DNA of 64,000 bases. It comes from a virus. This document shows, one piece after another, positions 16,361-25,806 of this stretch. The notes under the pieces were generated by a model that worked only from the letters and a program-made list of their open reading frames with translations, ran no database searches and was not told the DNA's origin. The position numbers and the translations under genes are program-made. Where the stretch lies: positions 4,336 to 68,335 of the IMG/VR virus record IMGVR_UViG_3300020005_000004. One strand, 5' to 3'. How positions within the stretch are numbered: position 1 is the stretch's first letter; every line of letters begins with the position of its first letter.

Positions 16361-16372
16361 TACCTTAGACAA

Positions 16373-16540
16373 ATGACTGATGTAGCAATTATAAAAGAAG
16401 AAATTGAAAGAAGGATAAGAGAATATGAAAATACTGCTGAAGAATGTTTTCAGGAATTAGACAATGAAGAAAGAGGCAATGCTTATTTAGACAGGGCAGC
16501 GGAATTAAAATCACTACTTGAATACATCTACAACTTATGA
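16373..16540 (+). CDS. 55-aa acidic hypothetical protein (not in ORF track)
   Basis: ATG at 16373 after TACCTTAG; ATGA overlap with 16537. Confidence 0.6.
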   Translation: MTDVAIIKEEIERRIREYENTAEECFQELDNEERGNAYLDRAAELKSLLEYIYNL

Positions 16541-17184
16541 TTTGTTTCAATTTCGCTTCTCGCTCTCGACCTACCAAATTCTACGAATGCTTAGATAATA
16601 TCCGTCAATTCATTTCAGATAAAGATTATTTTGTACTTGCTAAACTTGATAATAACGATAGGGAAATTGAAAGCTACAAAGCAAGATTAAACGATTACCC
16701 AGAAGTTATTCCCGTCTTTGGGATCAGTCAAAGTAAGATTCATGCAATCAATAGATGGTTAGAAGGCGTTAATTTTGACATTCTTTGTAATCATTCGGAC
16801 GATATGTTTTTTATCAAGAAAGGATTCGACATGGTAATTAAAGAACATTGTACCGATGATACGTTTATACATTTCCCCGATGCCAAAACAACTTTATGCA
16901 CTTATTCGATCATGGATAAGATTTATTTCAGTAGATTTAATTATGTTTACAACCCGGCTTATAGAAATCTTTGGTGTGATAATGAAGCTATGGAAGTTGC
17001 AAAGAGACTCGGAAGATATAAGTTTGTTGATGAGAAAATATTAGAACATAGGCATCCGGCGAACGGTTTCGGAAGGCCGGATATGCAGTACAGGAAAACA
17101 GAGGCAACTTATCACATAGACAAAAGGACTTTTGATATAAGGGAACGAAATAATTTTGGATTACCAATAAAACAAACCACATGA
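16537..17184 (+). CDS. GT-A fold glycosyltransferase
   Basis: SRSRP, SKIHAINR, SDDM, WCDNE, EHRHP. Confidence 0.78.
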   Translation: MICFNFASRSRPTKFYECLDNIRQFISDKDYFVLAKLDNNDREIESYKARLNDYPEVIPVFGISQSKIHAINRWLEGVNFDILCNHSDDMFFIKKGFDMVIKEHCTDDTFIHFPDAKTTLCTYSIMDKIYFSRFNYVYNPAYRNLWCDNEAMEVAKRLGRYKFVDEKILEHRHPANGFGRPDMQYRKTEATYHIDKRTFDIRERNNFGLPIKQTT

Positions 17185-17546
17185 TACAAGAAAGATTAGT
17201 TAAACAACTACAAACGCAACTTAATAAAATGGTTGCCGATTACGAAGCCTTAAAGATTGAAATTGCATCAAAGCAGCAAGAATCAAGTCAGAAAAAACAG
17301 GCCATTAATAAACTGAAACAACAAATAGATGAAGCCGATAAAAAAAAGGAAATCTATGTCTCCGAACACGCTTTAGTAAGATATTTTGAAAGGGTTAAAG
17401 GTTTCGATATTGAAGAAATAAAAAAGGAAATACTTTCTGATAGCATAAAACAAATGCTTTCTGTTCTTGGTGGAACGGGGCAATACCCAAATGAAAATGG
17501 TTACGGGGTTATTCTTGATAACTTTAGGGTTACTACAATTATTTAA
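17181..17546 (+). CDS. Coiled-coil protein with SEHA..RY domain
   Basis: VSEHALVRYFER...VTTI motif. Confidence 0.6.
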   Translation: MIQERLVKQLQTQLNKMVADYEALKIEIASKQQESSQKKQAINKLKQQIDEADKKKEIYVSEHALVRYFERVKGFDIEEIKKEILSDSIKQMLSVLGGTGQYPNENGYGVILDNFRVTTII

Positions 17547-17555
17547 AACATTTTT

Positions 17556-17699
17556 ATGAAAATAATAATCTACATCATCGCACTAATTTTCTTTTGTTTC
17601 TCTTGCTATAAAGCAGTAGTACATGAAGATTTAATTGCTATTTTTTTCATGGTAGCGACAATCGCAATACTTAAATTAGGAGAGAATCGTCCGGCTTGA
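17556..17699 (+). CDS. 47-aa membrane peptide (not in ORF track)
   Basis: MKIIIYIIALIFFCFSC...; stop overlaps the next start. Confidence 0.5.
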   Translation: MKIIIYIIALIFFCFSCYKAVVHEDLIAIFFMVATIAILKLGENRPA

Positions 17700-18247
17700 T
17701 TTACAAACTCGCAATATTAATTTGTTCTTTGGAAGAAAGACAGGATAAACTTGCCCGACTGATAGAATCTATTCCTTCCCATCCTGATTTAATAATCATT
17801 CCAGAAGTGGATAACAGAGAAATAACCACAGGAGCAAAAAGGAACAAGTTATTACAAAGGGCTTTGGATATTGGGGCTGAATACGTTTCTTTTGTCGATG
17901 ACGATGATAAATTAGATATTGAGTATGTTGCTGAAATGATGAAAGCTATCGAACAAAAGCCGGATGCAATAGGTTTTAAAGGATGGATCACTTTTGACGG
18001 TAAGAATAAAACAGAATGGAGAATTTCAGTAAGATACCCTTATGAAAAGCGGGGAAATGTTTATCTTAGGTATAATAATCATCTTTCCCCAATAAAGACA
18101 GAATTGGCTTTGCAAATTAAATATCCTGATATTACTTTTGGCGAGGACTATGATTATGCTAAGAGGTTAAAGGAAGCGGGACTTGTGCAGAAGGAAGTAT
18201 TTGTAAATAAACATCTTTACCATTACGATTATATAACGAAGAAATGA
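17696..18247 (+). CDS. GT2-family glycosyltransferase
   Basis: GAKRNKLL, FVDDDD, FGED motifs. Confidence 0.85.
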   Translation: MIYKLAILICSLEERQDKLARLIESIPSHPDLIIIPEVDNREITTGAKRNKLLQRALDIGAEYVSFVDDDDKLDIEYVAEMMKAIEQKPDAIGFKGWITFDGKNKTEWRISVRYPYEKRGNVYLRYNNHLSPIKTELALQIKYPDITFGEDYDYAKRLKEAGLVQKEVFVNKHLYHYDYITKK

Positions 18248-18921
18248 AGCTGCAATTACCGAGTGTTACTTGTATGATAATTGACAGCGTAAACGCAAAA
18301 GGCGCAATAAATGTTTTAGAGCATTGTAAAAACCTTTGTGACTTCGGGGCGGTAAAACTTCTTACAGACATTGAAATAGATTACGAGCATAAAGTAACGA
18401 TCCCTAAACTCAATTCTTTAGTTGCTTATTCTATTTTTATGCTGACGAAGTGTAAAGATTACTTTGATACTGACCATGTTTTAATCGTTCAAAGGGATGG
18501 CTTTATTTTAAATCCTGAATCCTGGAATCCGGCATGGTTAGAATACGATTACATTGCTCCCTTGTTTCAGCAAATGGACAGAGTGGGTTCGGGTGGATTC
18601 AGTTTAAGGAGTAAGAAAGTAATGGAAAGGCTTGCCGAAATTACTCCAGAGTGGGATTGGTCGCAAGGGCAAGCTGACACGATTCAGAAGATAATGGGGT
18701 ATTATGAAGATGGCGTAATTAGCTTATCGGGGCAAGGATTTAATATTGCTCCATTGCACGAAGGGGCTAAATTTGCACAGGGGGGAAATGAGAATCTTGC
18801 CTACTATGTAGAAAAACCATTTGGTTTTCACAGAACTTCTCAGTACATTGACTTTAATACGGGACAGGTTAGTTCTTCTTATGAGAACTTTTTTCAGCAA
18901 TACGAATTAGAAATCAAATGA
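18244..18921 (+). CDS. DUF5672-like putative glycosyltransferase
   Basis: L.VQ.DG, YDYI.P, VG.GGFSLRS, ED, FGFH. Confidence 0.8.
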   Translation: MKLQLPSVTCMIIDSVNAKGAINVLEHCKNLCDFGAVKLLTDIEIDYEHKVTIPKLNSLVAYSIFMLTKCKDYFDTDHVLIVQRDGFILNPESWNPAWLEYDYIAPLFQQMDRVGSGGFSLRSKKVMERLAEITPEWDWSQGQADTIQKIMGYYEDGVISLSGQGFNIAPLHEGAKFAQGGNENLAYYVEKPFGFHRTSQYIDFNTGQVSSSYENFFQQYELEIK

Positions 18922-19061
18922 AAATAGAAGTAAGGTATAAATCTCAGGGTAAAGTAAAAGGGAAAACCTATGTCTATACTACAAACAGTTTTTTTAAATT
19001 CATATCAATTTGGTGGGTTGCAAGACGGAGCAAGGCCGAAGCGGTATTAACTTATTTCTGA
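18918..19061 (+). CDS. 47-aa basic peptide (not in ORF track)
   Basis: Start and stop both overlap neighbouring genes. Confidence 0.45.
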   Translation: MKIEVRYKSQGKVKGKTYVYTTNSFFKFISIWWVARRSKAEAVLTYF

Positions 19062-19918
19062 TGATTTACTTAGAGAAAAACGATATTCATTGCACTCTCA
19101 CGACATATATCTATTGTCATATGTGGATGCTTTGGTCATTTGAGCAGAGGGGTATCAATGATGTTTATATAAGTTGGCCTATTGGTAAATCGGTTAAATC
19201 TTACGAGGATAAAGATTGGTTTAATAATTGGGGTAATCAGTTTGAATGGTATTTTAATCAACCAAAAGGCTGTCACGATTATTGCACTAAAGCAGATGAA
19301 ACTTATACTTGGGAACATTGGATCGATCCGGTTTCACCTTCTTTCATGTCACAACCACTATCAGTAATAAAAGACTATTATAAAAAAAACCTACACTTCA
19401 ATGAAGAAACTAACAAAAGAGGTCAAGCCATTGTCGATAGATACAACATTGACTTCAGGAAAACTATTGGAATTACATGGCGAGGAACTGATATCTATCT
19501 TGATGGAAGGCCAAGAATCCCGATTGAAAGATATTTAAGATTCGTGGATGAGATTATGGAACGAAACCCAGACTTCAAAATTGCAGCAACTGCCGAAGAG
19601 GTTGGAATACTTGACCCGTTGCTTGCCCGATACCCCAATGCCTTTATTATAGAAGAATTTATTCAGGCTCCATTAAATTCAAAGAATAATCCAGAAAGGT
19701 TTTCTCCGGTTAGCGGTTACGAGAGGGGCTTGCAGCCTGTGTTAATGGTTTGGCTATTCAGTAAGTGTAAACATTACATTAAGAACAGAAGTTCAACAGG
19801 GGCGGTTGCAAGTTGGTTAAGCGATGGAAGGATAGTGAATATTGCACATGAAGAAACTTTATCTTATTTAAAAATGGACGATCAGGTAGAAATTGAAGGA
19901 ATAAAATATCCGTTATGA
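19061..19918 (+). CDS. NodZ/fucosyltransferase-like GT-B glycosyltransferase
   Basis: IGITWRGTD, AT.E, FSKC..YI...SS. Confidence 0.7.
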   Translation: MIYLEKNDIHCTLTTYIYCHMWMLWSFEQRGINDVYISWPIGKSVKSYEDKDWFNNWGNQFEWYFNQPKGCHDYCTKADETYTWEHWIDPVSPSFMSQPLSVIKDYYKKNLHFNEETNKRGQAIVDRYNIDFRKTIGITWRGTDIYLDGRPRIPIERYLRFVDEIMERNPDFKIAATAEEVGILDPLLARYPNAFIIEEFIQAPLNSKNNPERFSPVSGYERGLQPVLMVWLFSKCKHYIKNRSSTGAVASWLSDGRIVNIAHEETLSYLKMDDQVEIEGIKYPL

Positions 19919-20469
19919 AAGTAGTTAATTCAAGAGAAGAATATTTAAAACAACTATCATTAGAATCGGGGATAGGTTATTGCTCTTTTGCTGAATTGGG
20001 TGTATATCATGGTGACTTCTCGGAAATGATTTTAAAAACTATTAAACCGAGTTGGCTTTGCTTAGTTGATCCTTATAAGAACGGAGTAGAAAAATATAAT
20101 AACGGTTTATCTACACAATATTCCACAGATGAAGATTACGATAAGCTGATTAAGAGATTTCCTAAAGAGATTTTAAAAGGTCAGATTTCGGTTTATAAAA
20201 TGCCCTCATATAATGCCGTAAGTTGTTTCCCTGACTTGTACTTTGATTTCATTTACCACGATGCAAGCCATTTGAAAGAAGACGTGAAAAGGGATTTATG
20301 GGAATGGTTGCCTAAATTAAAACTTGACGGAGTAATGTGTGGCCATGATATGATTGAACACGAAGACTTCGGCGTAATTGATGCGGTTGAAGATTTCTGT
20401 AATCAGTTCGGATTTAAGATATTTCTATATAACAAAAACGGAGGCGATTACGCTTTAAAAAGAATATGA
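19915..20469 (+). CDS. Class I SAM methyltransferase (Methyltransf_24-like)
   Basis: ELGV..G, DFIY.DA.H, G..CGHD. Confidence 0.85.
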   Translation: MKVVNSREEYLKQLSLESGIGYCSFAELGVYHGDFSEMILKTIKPSWLCLVDPYKNGVEKYNNGLSTQYSTDEDYDKLIKRFPKEILKGQISVYKMPSYNAVSCFPDLYFDFIYHDASHLKEDVKRDLWEWLPKLKLDGVMCGHDMIEHEDFGVIDAVEDFCNQFGFKIFLYNKNGGDYALKRI

Positions 20470-21428
20470 ATAACTATTGCGTAATAACAACAATAAACAA
20501 ACCAACAAAAGCAGTTGAGGCTTTATATGAGAAGTTCGGGGAAAGGCTGATTGTTGTATTGGATGAAAAAAGCCCAAAGGATTGGCATTACCAAAAAGCT
20601 AATTTTATATTGTCTTACGGGAACAGAAATGGATATGCGCCAATGAATCACTATGCTCGTAAGAACTTAGGATATTTAAGAGCTATATCTGAAAAAGCTG
20701 ATTTAATCTATGATACAGACGATGACAACATACCAAATAAAGAATGGGGTTTAAGATTCAAAGAAACTAAAGCGAGTAAATCATTTGGCGAAGGTTGGTT
20801 TAATGCTTACGAGCCAATGACCCCGACAAAGATTTGGCCTCGGGGCTTCCCGTTGAATCATGTAAATAAGGGTAAAGAATTATTCGGGGCAAAAGAAGCT
20901 GTTGTTAGTTCTATTCAACAAGGGTTAGCAGATGGCGAGCCTGACGTGGATGCTATTTACCGAATGACGAACAATAAACCCAATGAGTTTAAATACGAAC
21001 GGTCAATTTATTTGGATAAAAATACTTGGTGTCCGTTTAATTCTCAAAGTACTTGGTGGTTTCCCGATGCTTACCCGTTAATGTATCTTCCGGTTAATTG
21101 TTCATTCAGAATGACAGATATTTGGCGTTCATTTGTGGCGCAAAGGTGTTTGTGGGAAATCGGGCAAGGGGTAACGTTTCATTCACCGAGTGAAGTTTAC
21201 CAAGAAAGGAACGAACATGATTTAATGAAAGACTTTAAAGATGAAGTTCCAGGTTATCTTTATAACGAAGAAATAGTTAGTATTTTAGGCAAGTTAACGT
21301 TAAGAGGAAGTATGGATATTATGATTAGGACTTGTTATGCCGCATTAATTAACGCTGATATACTGCCAATGGAGGAGGCTATATCATTAAACGCATGGTT
21401 AGATGACATTGCAAAAATTATACGATAA
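20466..21428 (+). CDS. STELLO/DUF288-like (GT75-related) glycosyltransferase
   Basis: VITTIN.PT, YARKN.GYL, DTDDDN, PDVDAIYR, FR.TDIWRS. Confidence 0.85.
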   Translation: MNNYCVITTINKPTKAVEALYEKFGERLIVVLDEKSPKDWHYQKANFILSYGNRNGYAPMNHYARKNLGYLRAISEKADLIYDTDDDNIPNKEWGLRFKETKASKSFGEGWFNAYEPMTPTKIWPRGFPLNHVNKGKELFGAKEAVVSSIQQGLADGEPDVDAIYRMTNNKPNEFKYERSIYLDKNTWCPFNSQSTWWFPDAYPLMYLPVNCSFRMTDIWRSFVAQRCLWEIGQGVTFHSPSEVYQERNEHDLMKDFKDEVPGYLYNEEIVSILGKLTLRGSMDIMIRTCYAALINADILPMEEAISLNAWLDDIAKIIR

Positions 21429-21951
21429 ATACTACGATCCAAAAACCGGATGGCCGGATAAGGGGACACAGCATTCCTATATAGAAATATATGAAGAACT
21501 GCTTGCTCCTTATCGTAAAACAGCCTACAACATTTTAGAGATCGGTTTAATGTCCGGTGAAAGTTTAAGAATGTGGGATGAATATTTTAAAGGAGAAGTT
21601 TTTGGTATTGATTGTTCAATAAAACCCATTGATGGCAAAGCAGATTTAACGAAGGCTATTGAGGACGGGTTGTATATTTCAATAGGGGATGCTACAAATC
21701 CTGCTGACATCGAAAGGTATTATGAAGGATTAAAATTTGATGTGGTGTTGGATGACGGCAGTCACAATATCGAAGACCAAATAAAAACCCATTACATTTT
21801 AAAGGACTATATGGCCGAAGGATCAATTTATATCATTGAGGACATTCAGGATATTGATGCCAAGAAACATTTATTTTGGGAGGGTGAGATAATTGACCGG
21901 AGGCATATTAAAAATAGGTATGATGACGTACTTGTAATTTATAGAAAATGA
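21403..21951 (+). CDS. Class I SAM methyltransferase (sugar O-methyltransferase-like)
   Basis: HSY...Y, LEIG...G.SL..W, DDGSH, YIIED. Confidence 0.82.
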   Translation: MTLQKLYDKYYDPKTGWPDKGTQHSYIEIYEELLAPYRKTAYNILEIGLMSGESLRMWDEYFKGEVFGIDCSIKPIDGKADLTKAIEDGLYISIGDATNPADIERYYEGLKFDVVLDDGSHNIEDQIKTHYILKDYMAEGSIYIIEDIQDIDAKKHLFWEGEIIDRRHIKNRYDDVLVIYRK

Positions 21952-22577
21952 ACTATAGCCAATCAAACGAACAAGAAATTATTATTAATCTTTTCAAAGG
22001 GAAAAGAGACGGGACTTTTTTAGACATTGGCGCAAATGACGGGGTTACTTTATCAAATACGTTTGCTTTAGCCAATAACTACGGATGGACAGGACTTTTA
22101 GTTGAAGCAAGTCCGAAGGCTTACGAAAGGCTTTTAAAGAATTATGAGCTAATTGATCGGGATATAGATTTTCAAAATGTGGCGATTGGGAAAGAAGATG
22201 GTGTTTTGGAATTTTGGGAATCGGGGGAACTATTAGGGAAAGGAGATGTTGGCTTAGTTTCTTCGGGTGTTTTATTTGAATTAAACAGATGGAAGACATT
22301 AGATATGAAATTTGAAAAACTATCCGTTCCTATGACTTCTGTGGAAACAATGTTGGGAAGGTCAAGGCACAAAACATTCGACCTTTTGTCTTTGGACATT
22401 GAAGGAATGGAACTTGACGTTTTACCCCAGATAGATTTTAAAGCCTTAAAGATTCAAGTGGCGGTCATTGAGTTCAATGGTAAGGACGAACAGAAGTACC
22501 ATGATATAATGTTCCCACAGGGCTTTAAATTGGTTTCAAAGAACATGGAGAATTTAATTTATACTATCTTTAAATAA
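21948..22577 (+). CDS. FkbM-family methyltransferase
   Basis: YSQ, FLDIGANDG...SNT, LSLDIEG.E. Confidence 0.9.
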   Translation: MNYSQSNEQEIIINLFKGKRDGTFLDIGANDGVTLSNTFALANNYGWTGLLVEASPKAYERLLKNYELIDRDIDFQNVAIGKEDGVLEFWESGELLGKGDVGLVSSGVLFELNRWKTLDMKFEKLSVPMTSVETMLGRSRHKTFDLLSLDIEGMELDVLPQIDFKALKIQVAVIEFNGKDEQKYHDIMFPQGFKLVSKNMENLIYTIFK

Positions 22578-22583
22578 AAAATT

Positions 22584-23168
22584 ATGCACTCCGAAAAGCT
22601 AAACGCCAACGATAATAATTCAGCTTCGCTAATCAGAAACTCAGGCCACGAAGAGAAAGCAGAAGCACATGGTTTTTTTACTGTCAAATGTTTTGATAAA
22701 GACGGTAAACTAAAATGGGAAGACACTATTAACAATGTGGTTGCAACGGTTGGCAAGAATGCAGCACTTGATGCGTATTTAGCAGGATCGGCATATACGG
22801 TAACGGGGCCGTTTATGGGTTTAATAAGTTCAACAAGTTTCACAGCAGTAGCGGCAGCAGACACAATGAGTTCTCATGGTGGTTGGCTTGAAGCCGGTCT
22901 TGCTAACGCTCCAACATACACAGCCCCAAGAAAGACGGCAGCATGGTCGGCTGCTTCATCAGGTAGTAAGGCATTATCATCTGCATTATCTTTTGCGATT
23001 ACAGGAACAGGAACTGTAAAGGGTTGTTTCCTGGTATTCGGATCGGGCGCAGTTAGCACGATAGACAACACTTCAGGAGTATTATATTCAGCCGGATTGT
23101 TTACAGGAGGAGATAAGGCGGTTGTGAGTACAGATACGCTTAACGTTTCTTATACAGCTAGTTTATAA
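22584..23168 (+). CDS. Virion structural protein (minor tail/fibre-associated)
   Basis: W.D...N.V...G.N..LD pattern; Ala/Ser/Thr-rich. Confidence 0.65.
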   Translation: MHSEKLNANDNNSASLIRNSGHEEKAEAHGFFTVKCFDKDGKLKWEDTINNVVATVGKNAALDAYLAGSAYTVTGPFMGLISSTSFTAVAAADTMSSHGGWLEAGLANAPTYTAPRKTAAWSAASSGSKALSSALSFAITGTGTVKGCFLVFGSGAVSTIDNTSGVLYSAGLFTGGDKAVVSTDTLNVSYTASL

Positions 23169-23169
23169 T

Positions 23170-23805
23170 ATGGCAGATACCAAAATATCGGCTTTATCAG
23201 CAGCTTCGGCGGCAGCAGGGGCAAATGAACTTGCTATTAATGAAGCTGGCACTTCTAAAAAAATTACGGTAACACAATTGGTTACTTATCTGCAAACTCT
23301 AGGAATGCCAAGAGTTTTAAAGTTAACAGGTCAGCATTCTATTTCTTCAACAACGGCAACAAAAGTAACAGGGCTTGACATGGTTCTTGAAGACGCAACT
23401 TATGTTTATAAATATTCTTTACTCATTCAACAAGCAACAAGCACAGGTGATGCGCCTCAATTCGGTATAAACTTTTCAACCGGAACGGCAGCAGTAAAGG
23501 CACATGGGCTAAGGTTTTGGGATGCAACTGTTGCTGTAACTGCGGAAGTGCATATAATGGACAATATCGGTATAAAAGCAGCAGGGTTTGTTTCAGGGAT
23601 GGTTTCAAACGCATATACAACAACAGCTCCAGATATGGGTACAACTATTGGAGTAGCGGCAACAGGGGCAAATATTTTTTGCCATATCGAGGGGATTATA
23701 GTTGTAACGGTTCAGGGTACATTAGAATTATGGAGAGGGGCAGAAGGCGCAAACGCATCAACAACAGAAATAGGATCATCATTAGTAGTAATAAGAACAG
23801 CATAA
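23170..23805 (+). CDS. Fibre-like structural protein
   Basis: MAD.KIS.L...SKKIT N-terminal motif typical of fibre/adaptor proteins. Confidence 0.65.
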   Translation: MADTKISALSAASAAAGANELAINEAGTSKKITVTQLVTYLQTLGMPRVLKLTGQHSISSTTATKVTGLDMVLEDATYVYKYSLLIQQATSTGDAPQFGINFSTGTAAVKAHGLRFWDATVAVTAEVHIMDNIGIKAAGFVSGMVSNAYTTTAPDMGTTIGVAATGANIFCHIEGIIVVTVQGTLELWRGAEGANASTTEIGSSLVVIRTA

Positions 23806-23806
23806 T

Positions 23807-25048
23807 GTGGCAGATAGATATTTATTAGAAAGTAGTTCTACTGACGGGTATCTTTTAGAAGATGGCTCCGGTGTTCTTTTACTTCAATTTTCCACATTTA
23901 CTTCAGCAATAACGGAGTCCGCAACAGCTACAGATAGTAGTAGTGTATCATTGGTAACTTTGTCAGCCATTACAGAAACTGTTTCATCAACTGAAAGCAC
24001 ATCTTCAACACAGGTAACTTTATCGGCAATAACAGAATCGGGTAGTGCAACTGAGTCTCAAAGCAATAATTTTGTGACCCTCCCGTCTATACAGGAAAGC
24101 GGGACGGCTACCGAATCTAATAACGCTTTATCTGTCTATGTTGCAGCAATAATTGAGGCGGCAAATGCTACCGAAAACGAAACATCTTCCCAACTTTTTA
24201 TAAATAGTATTACAGAAATCGGCACAGCGACTGAATTAGCTAATTCAACACAGGATTTATTTCCAATAATATCAGAAACAGTAAGTAGTACAGAATCTTC
24301 ATCGGTAACTCAGATATTACCTACTTCTCTTGCTGAAAGCGTAACGGCTACCGAAGTATCGGAATCGCTAAAAACTTTAGAAGCATTAATTTCTGAACAA
24401 GGCTCAGCGTCAGATTTAAACGATTCATCAGAAGAAGATATAGCCGGAATAACAGAATCAGCAGAGGCGTTAGATATTGTACAGGCGGTAGGTATATACG
24501 GGACTGGTATTATAGAAAGTGGTAACGCAACCGAAACAACAGATGCTGGCTCCGGTATGATTTTAACGGCAGACGTTGAAGAAATTGCGTTAGCAGAAGA
24601 AACCACAACCGGAACAAGTGTTTATATAGAACCAGTTGTTGTAGATTCAACTGTTTGGATTAAATTTGGTAAATTTTCAATTATGCCTTGTGATCCATGC
24701 GCTCCAAAATTCATAGTTAGCTGCTTAACTGATGAACCTACTGACGATTTTGAATTTAATATTTACGGTCTTGCAGACGGTGTTTATTATTGGCGAATAA
24801 CGGAAGCAAGTACAGTTTTAACAAAAGCGTTCAGTCACGTCGAAGGGACGCCTCTTTCAATAGCAGTTTCAGATGTTCCTGATGGATTTTTTCAAACTAA
24901 GAGAACGTTCTTATTTGAGATACTTAAAACTGCCTCTTCTGAGAATCCTATTCCTTTTTTAATCGGTCAGTATGTGGAACAGCTAAGTATAGACATTGAG
25001 TGTAATATTTACCCAAGTCAAACAGTAGGAGAGGACACAACTCCATGA
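23807..25048 (+). CDS. Structural protein with about 12 Ser/Thr-rich 20-aa repeats
   Basis: YLLEDGSG N-terminus; I(T/S)E...(A/S)TE period-20 repeat. Confidence 0.75.
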   Translation: MADRYLLESSSTDGYLLEDGSGVLLLQFSTFTSAITESATATDSSSVSLVTLSAITETVSSTESTSSTQVTLSAITESGSATESQSNNFVTLPSIQESGTATESNNALSVYVAAIIEAANATENETSSQLFINSITEIGTATELANSTQDLFPIISETVSSTESSSVTQILPTSLAESVTATEVSESLKTLEALISEQGSASDLNDSSEEDIAGITESAEALDIVQAVGIYGTGIIESGNATETTDAGSGMILTADVEEIALAEETTTGTSVYIEPVVVDSTVWIKFGKFSIMPCDPCAPKFIVSCLTDEPTDDFEFNIYGLADGVYYWRITEASTVLTKAFSHVEGTPLSIAVSDVPDGFFQTKRTFLFEILKTASSENPIPFLIGQYVEQLSIDIECNIYPSQTVGEDTTP

Positions 25049-25284
25049 TTCATTGCTGTGACCATACCGTTTTTCCTTTTTCAAATACGGCTATTATGGA
25101 CATAGCTTATTCGGTAAATATGCAAAACAGGTTCGGGGTAGTTCCTCATGTGAAGGTTTATCACTTACAAGCGGGTGATTACATTGAGCCATTAATAGAG
25201 ATTAAATTAGATGGTAATCCGACAACAAACATCCATATTGATAACGGTGGGGCGGCTACGGGCTATGTAAAAATATTCAGATGA
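25045..25284 (+). CDS. Small beta-domain protein
   Basis: Homologous to the C-terminus of 31751..32527. Confidence 0.7.
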   Translation: MIHCCDHTVFPFSNTAIMDIAYSVNMQNRFGVVPHVKVYHLQAGDYIEPLIEIKLDGNPTTNIHIDNGGAATGYVKIFR

Positions 25285-25580
25285 TTGAACTAAGTGTTTT
25301 AATTGCTTTTGCTGTTCTTTTTATAAACTCAACTACTTGGGAAGGAATGATATTTGAAGATGTGGCTAATTATCTTGATACTAAGTTGCCTGAGTGGGTA
25401 AGCAAACCTTTATACGGCTGTCCAATTTGCTCTTCATTTTGGTATGGATCGGTTTTTTATCTTATCTATCATGGTTTTGATAAGTGGTTGATAATAGTGG
25501 TTTTCGCTGCTGCAGGAATTAACGCATTTATTGTTAATTTGAATAAACACATTAAGGAGGCGGGAACAAGTGACGAATGA
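25281..25580 (+). CDS. Membrane protein with CPICxSFW motif (DUF1360-like)
   Basis: KPL..C..C.SFW between TM helices. Confidence 0.6.
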   Translation: MIELSVLIAFAVLFINSTTWEGMIFEDVANYLDTKLPEWVSKPLYGCPICSSFWYGSVFYLIYHGFDKWLIIVVFAAAGINAFIVNLNKHIKEAGTSDE

Positions 25581-25806
25581 ATGTAAAGGCATACATAAAA
25601 CCCTTATAGATTTTGGGTTTAAGGATTTTGGATATTGTGCTTGTGCATCACGAATAAGAACGTATAAAAAAGGAAGATTTTCGATAAAGGTTTATGGGAC
25701 GAAATGTTTTTTAAGACTGTTAGATAAAGAAAAAGTAATTAAAAATGGTGGAACGATTGAAGAACTTATTCAGAAGGCCGTTCAAGAATCTCAGGTTACA
25801 GGATAA
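25570..25806 (+). CDS. Hypothetical protein
   Basis: Overlaps both neighbours. Confidence 0.45.
   Translation: MTNECKGIHKTLIDFGFKDFGYCACASRIRTYKKGRFSIKVYGTKCFLRLLDKEKVIKNGGTIEELIQKAVQESQVTG

Noticed and set aside
16537-22577. Host LPS/capsule locus marking a prophage boundary
   Set aside because: Genes are translationally coupled with phage-type small ORFs, flanked by phage genes on the same strand, and lack flippase, polymerase or nucleotide-sugar synthesis genes
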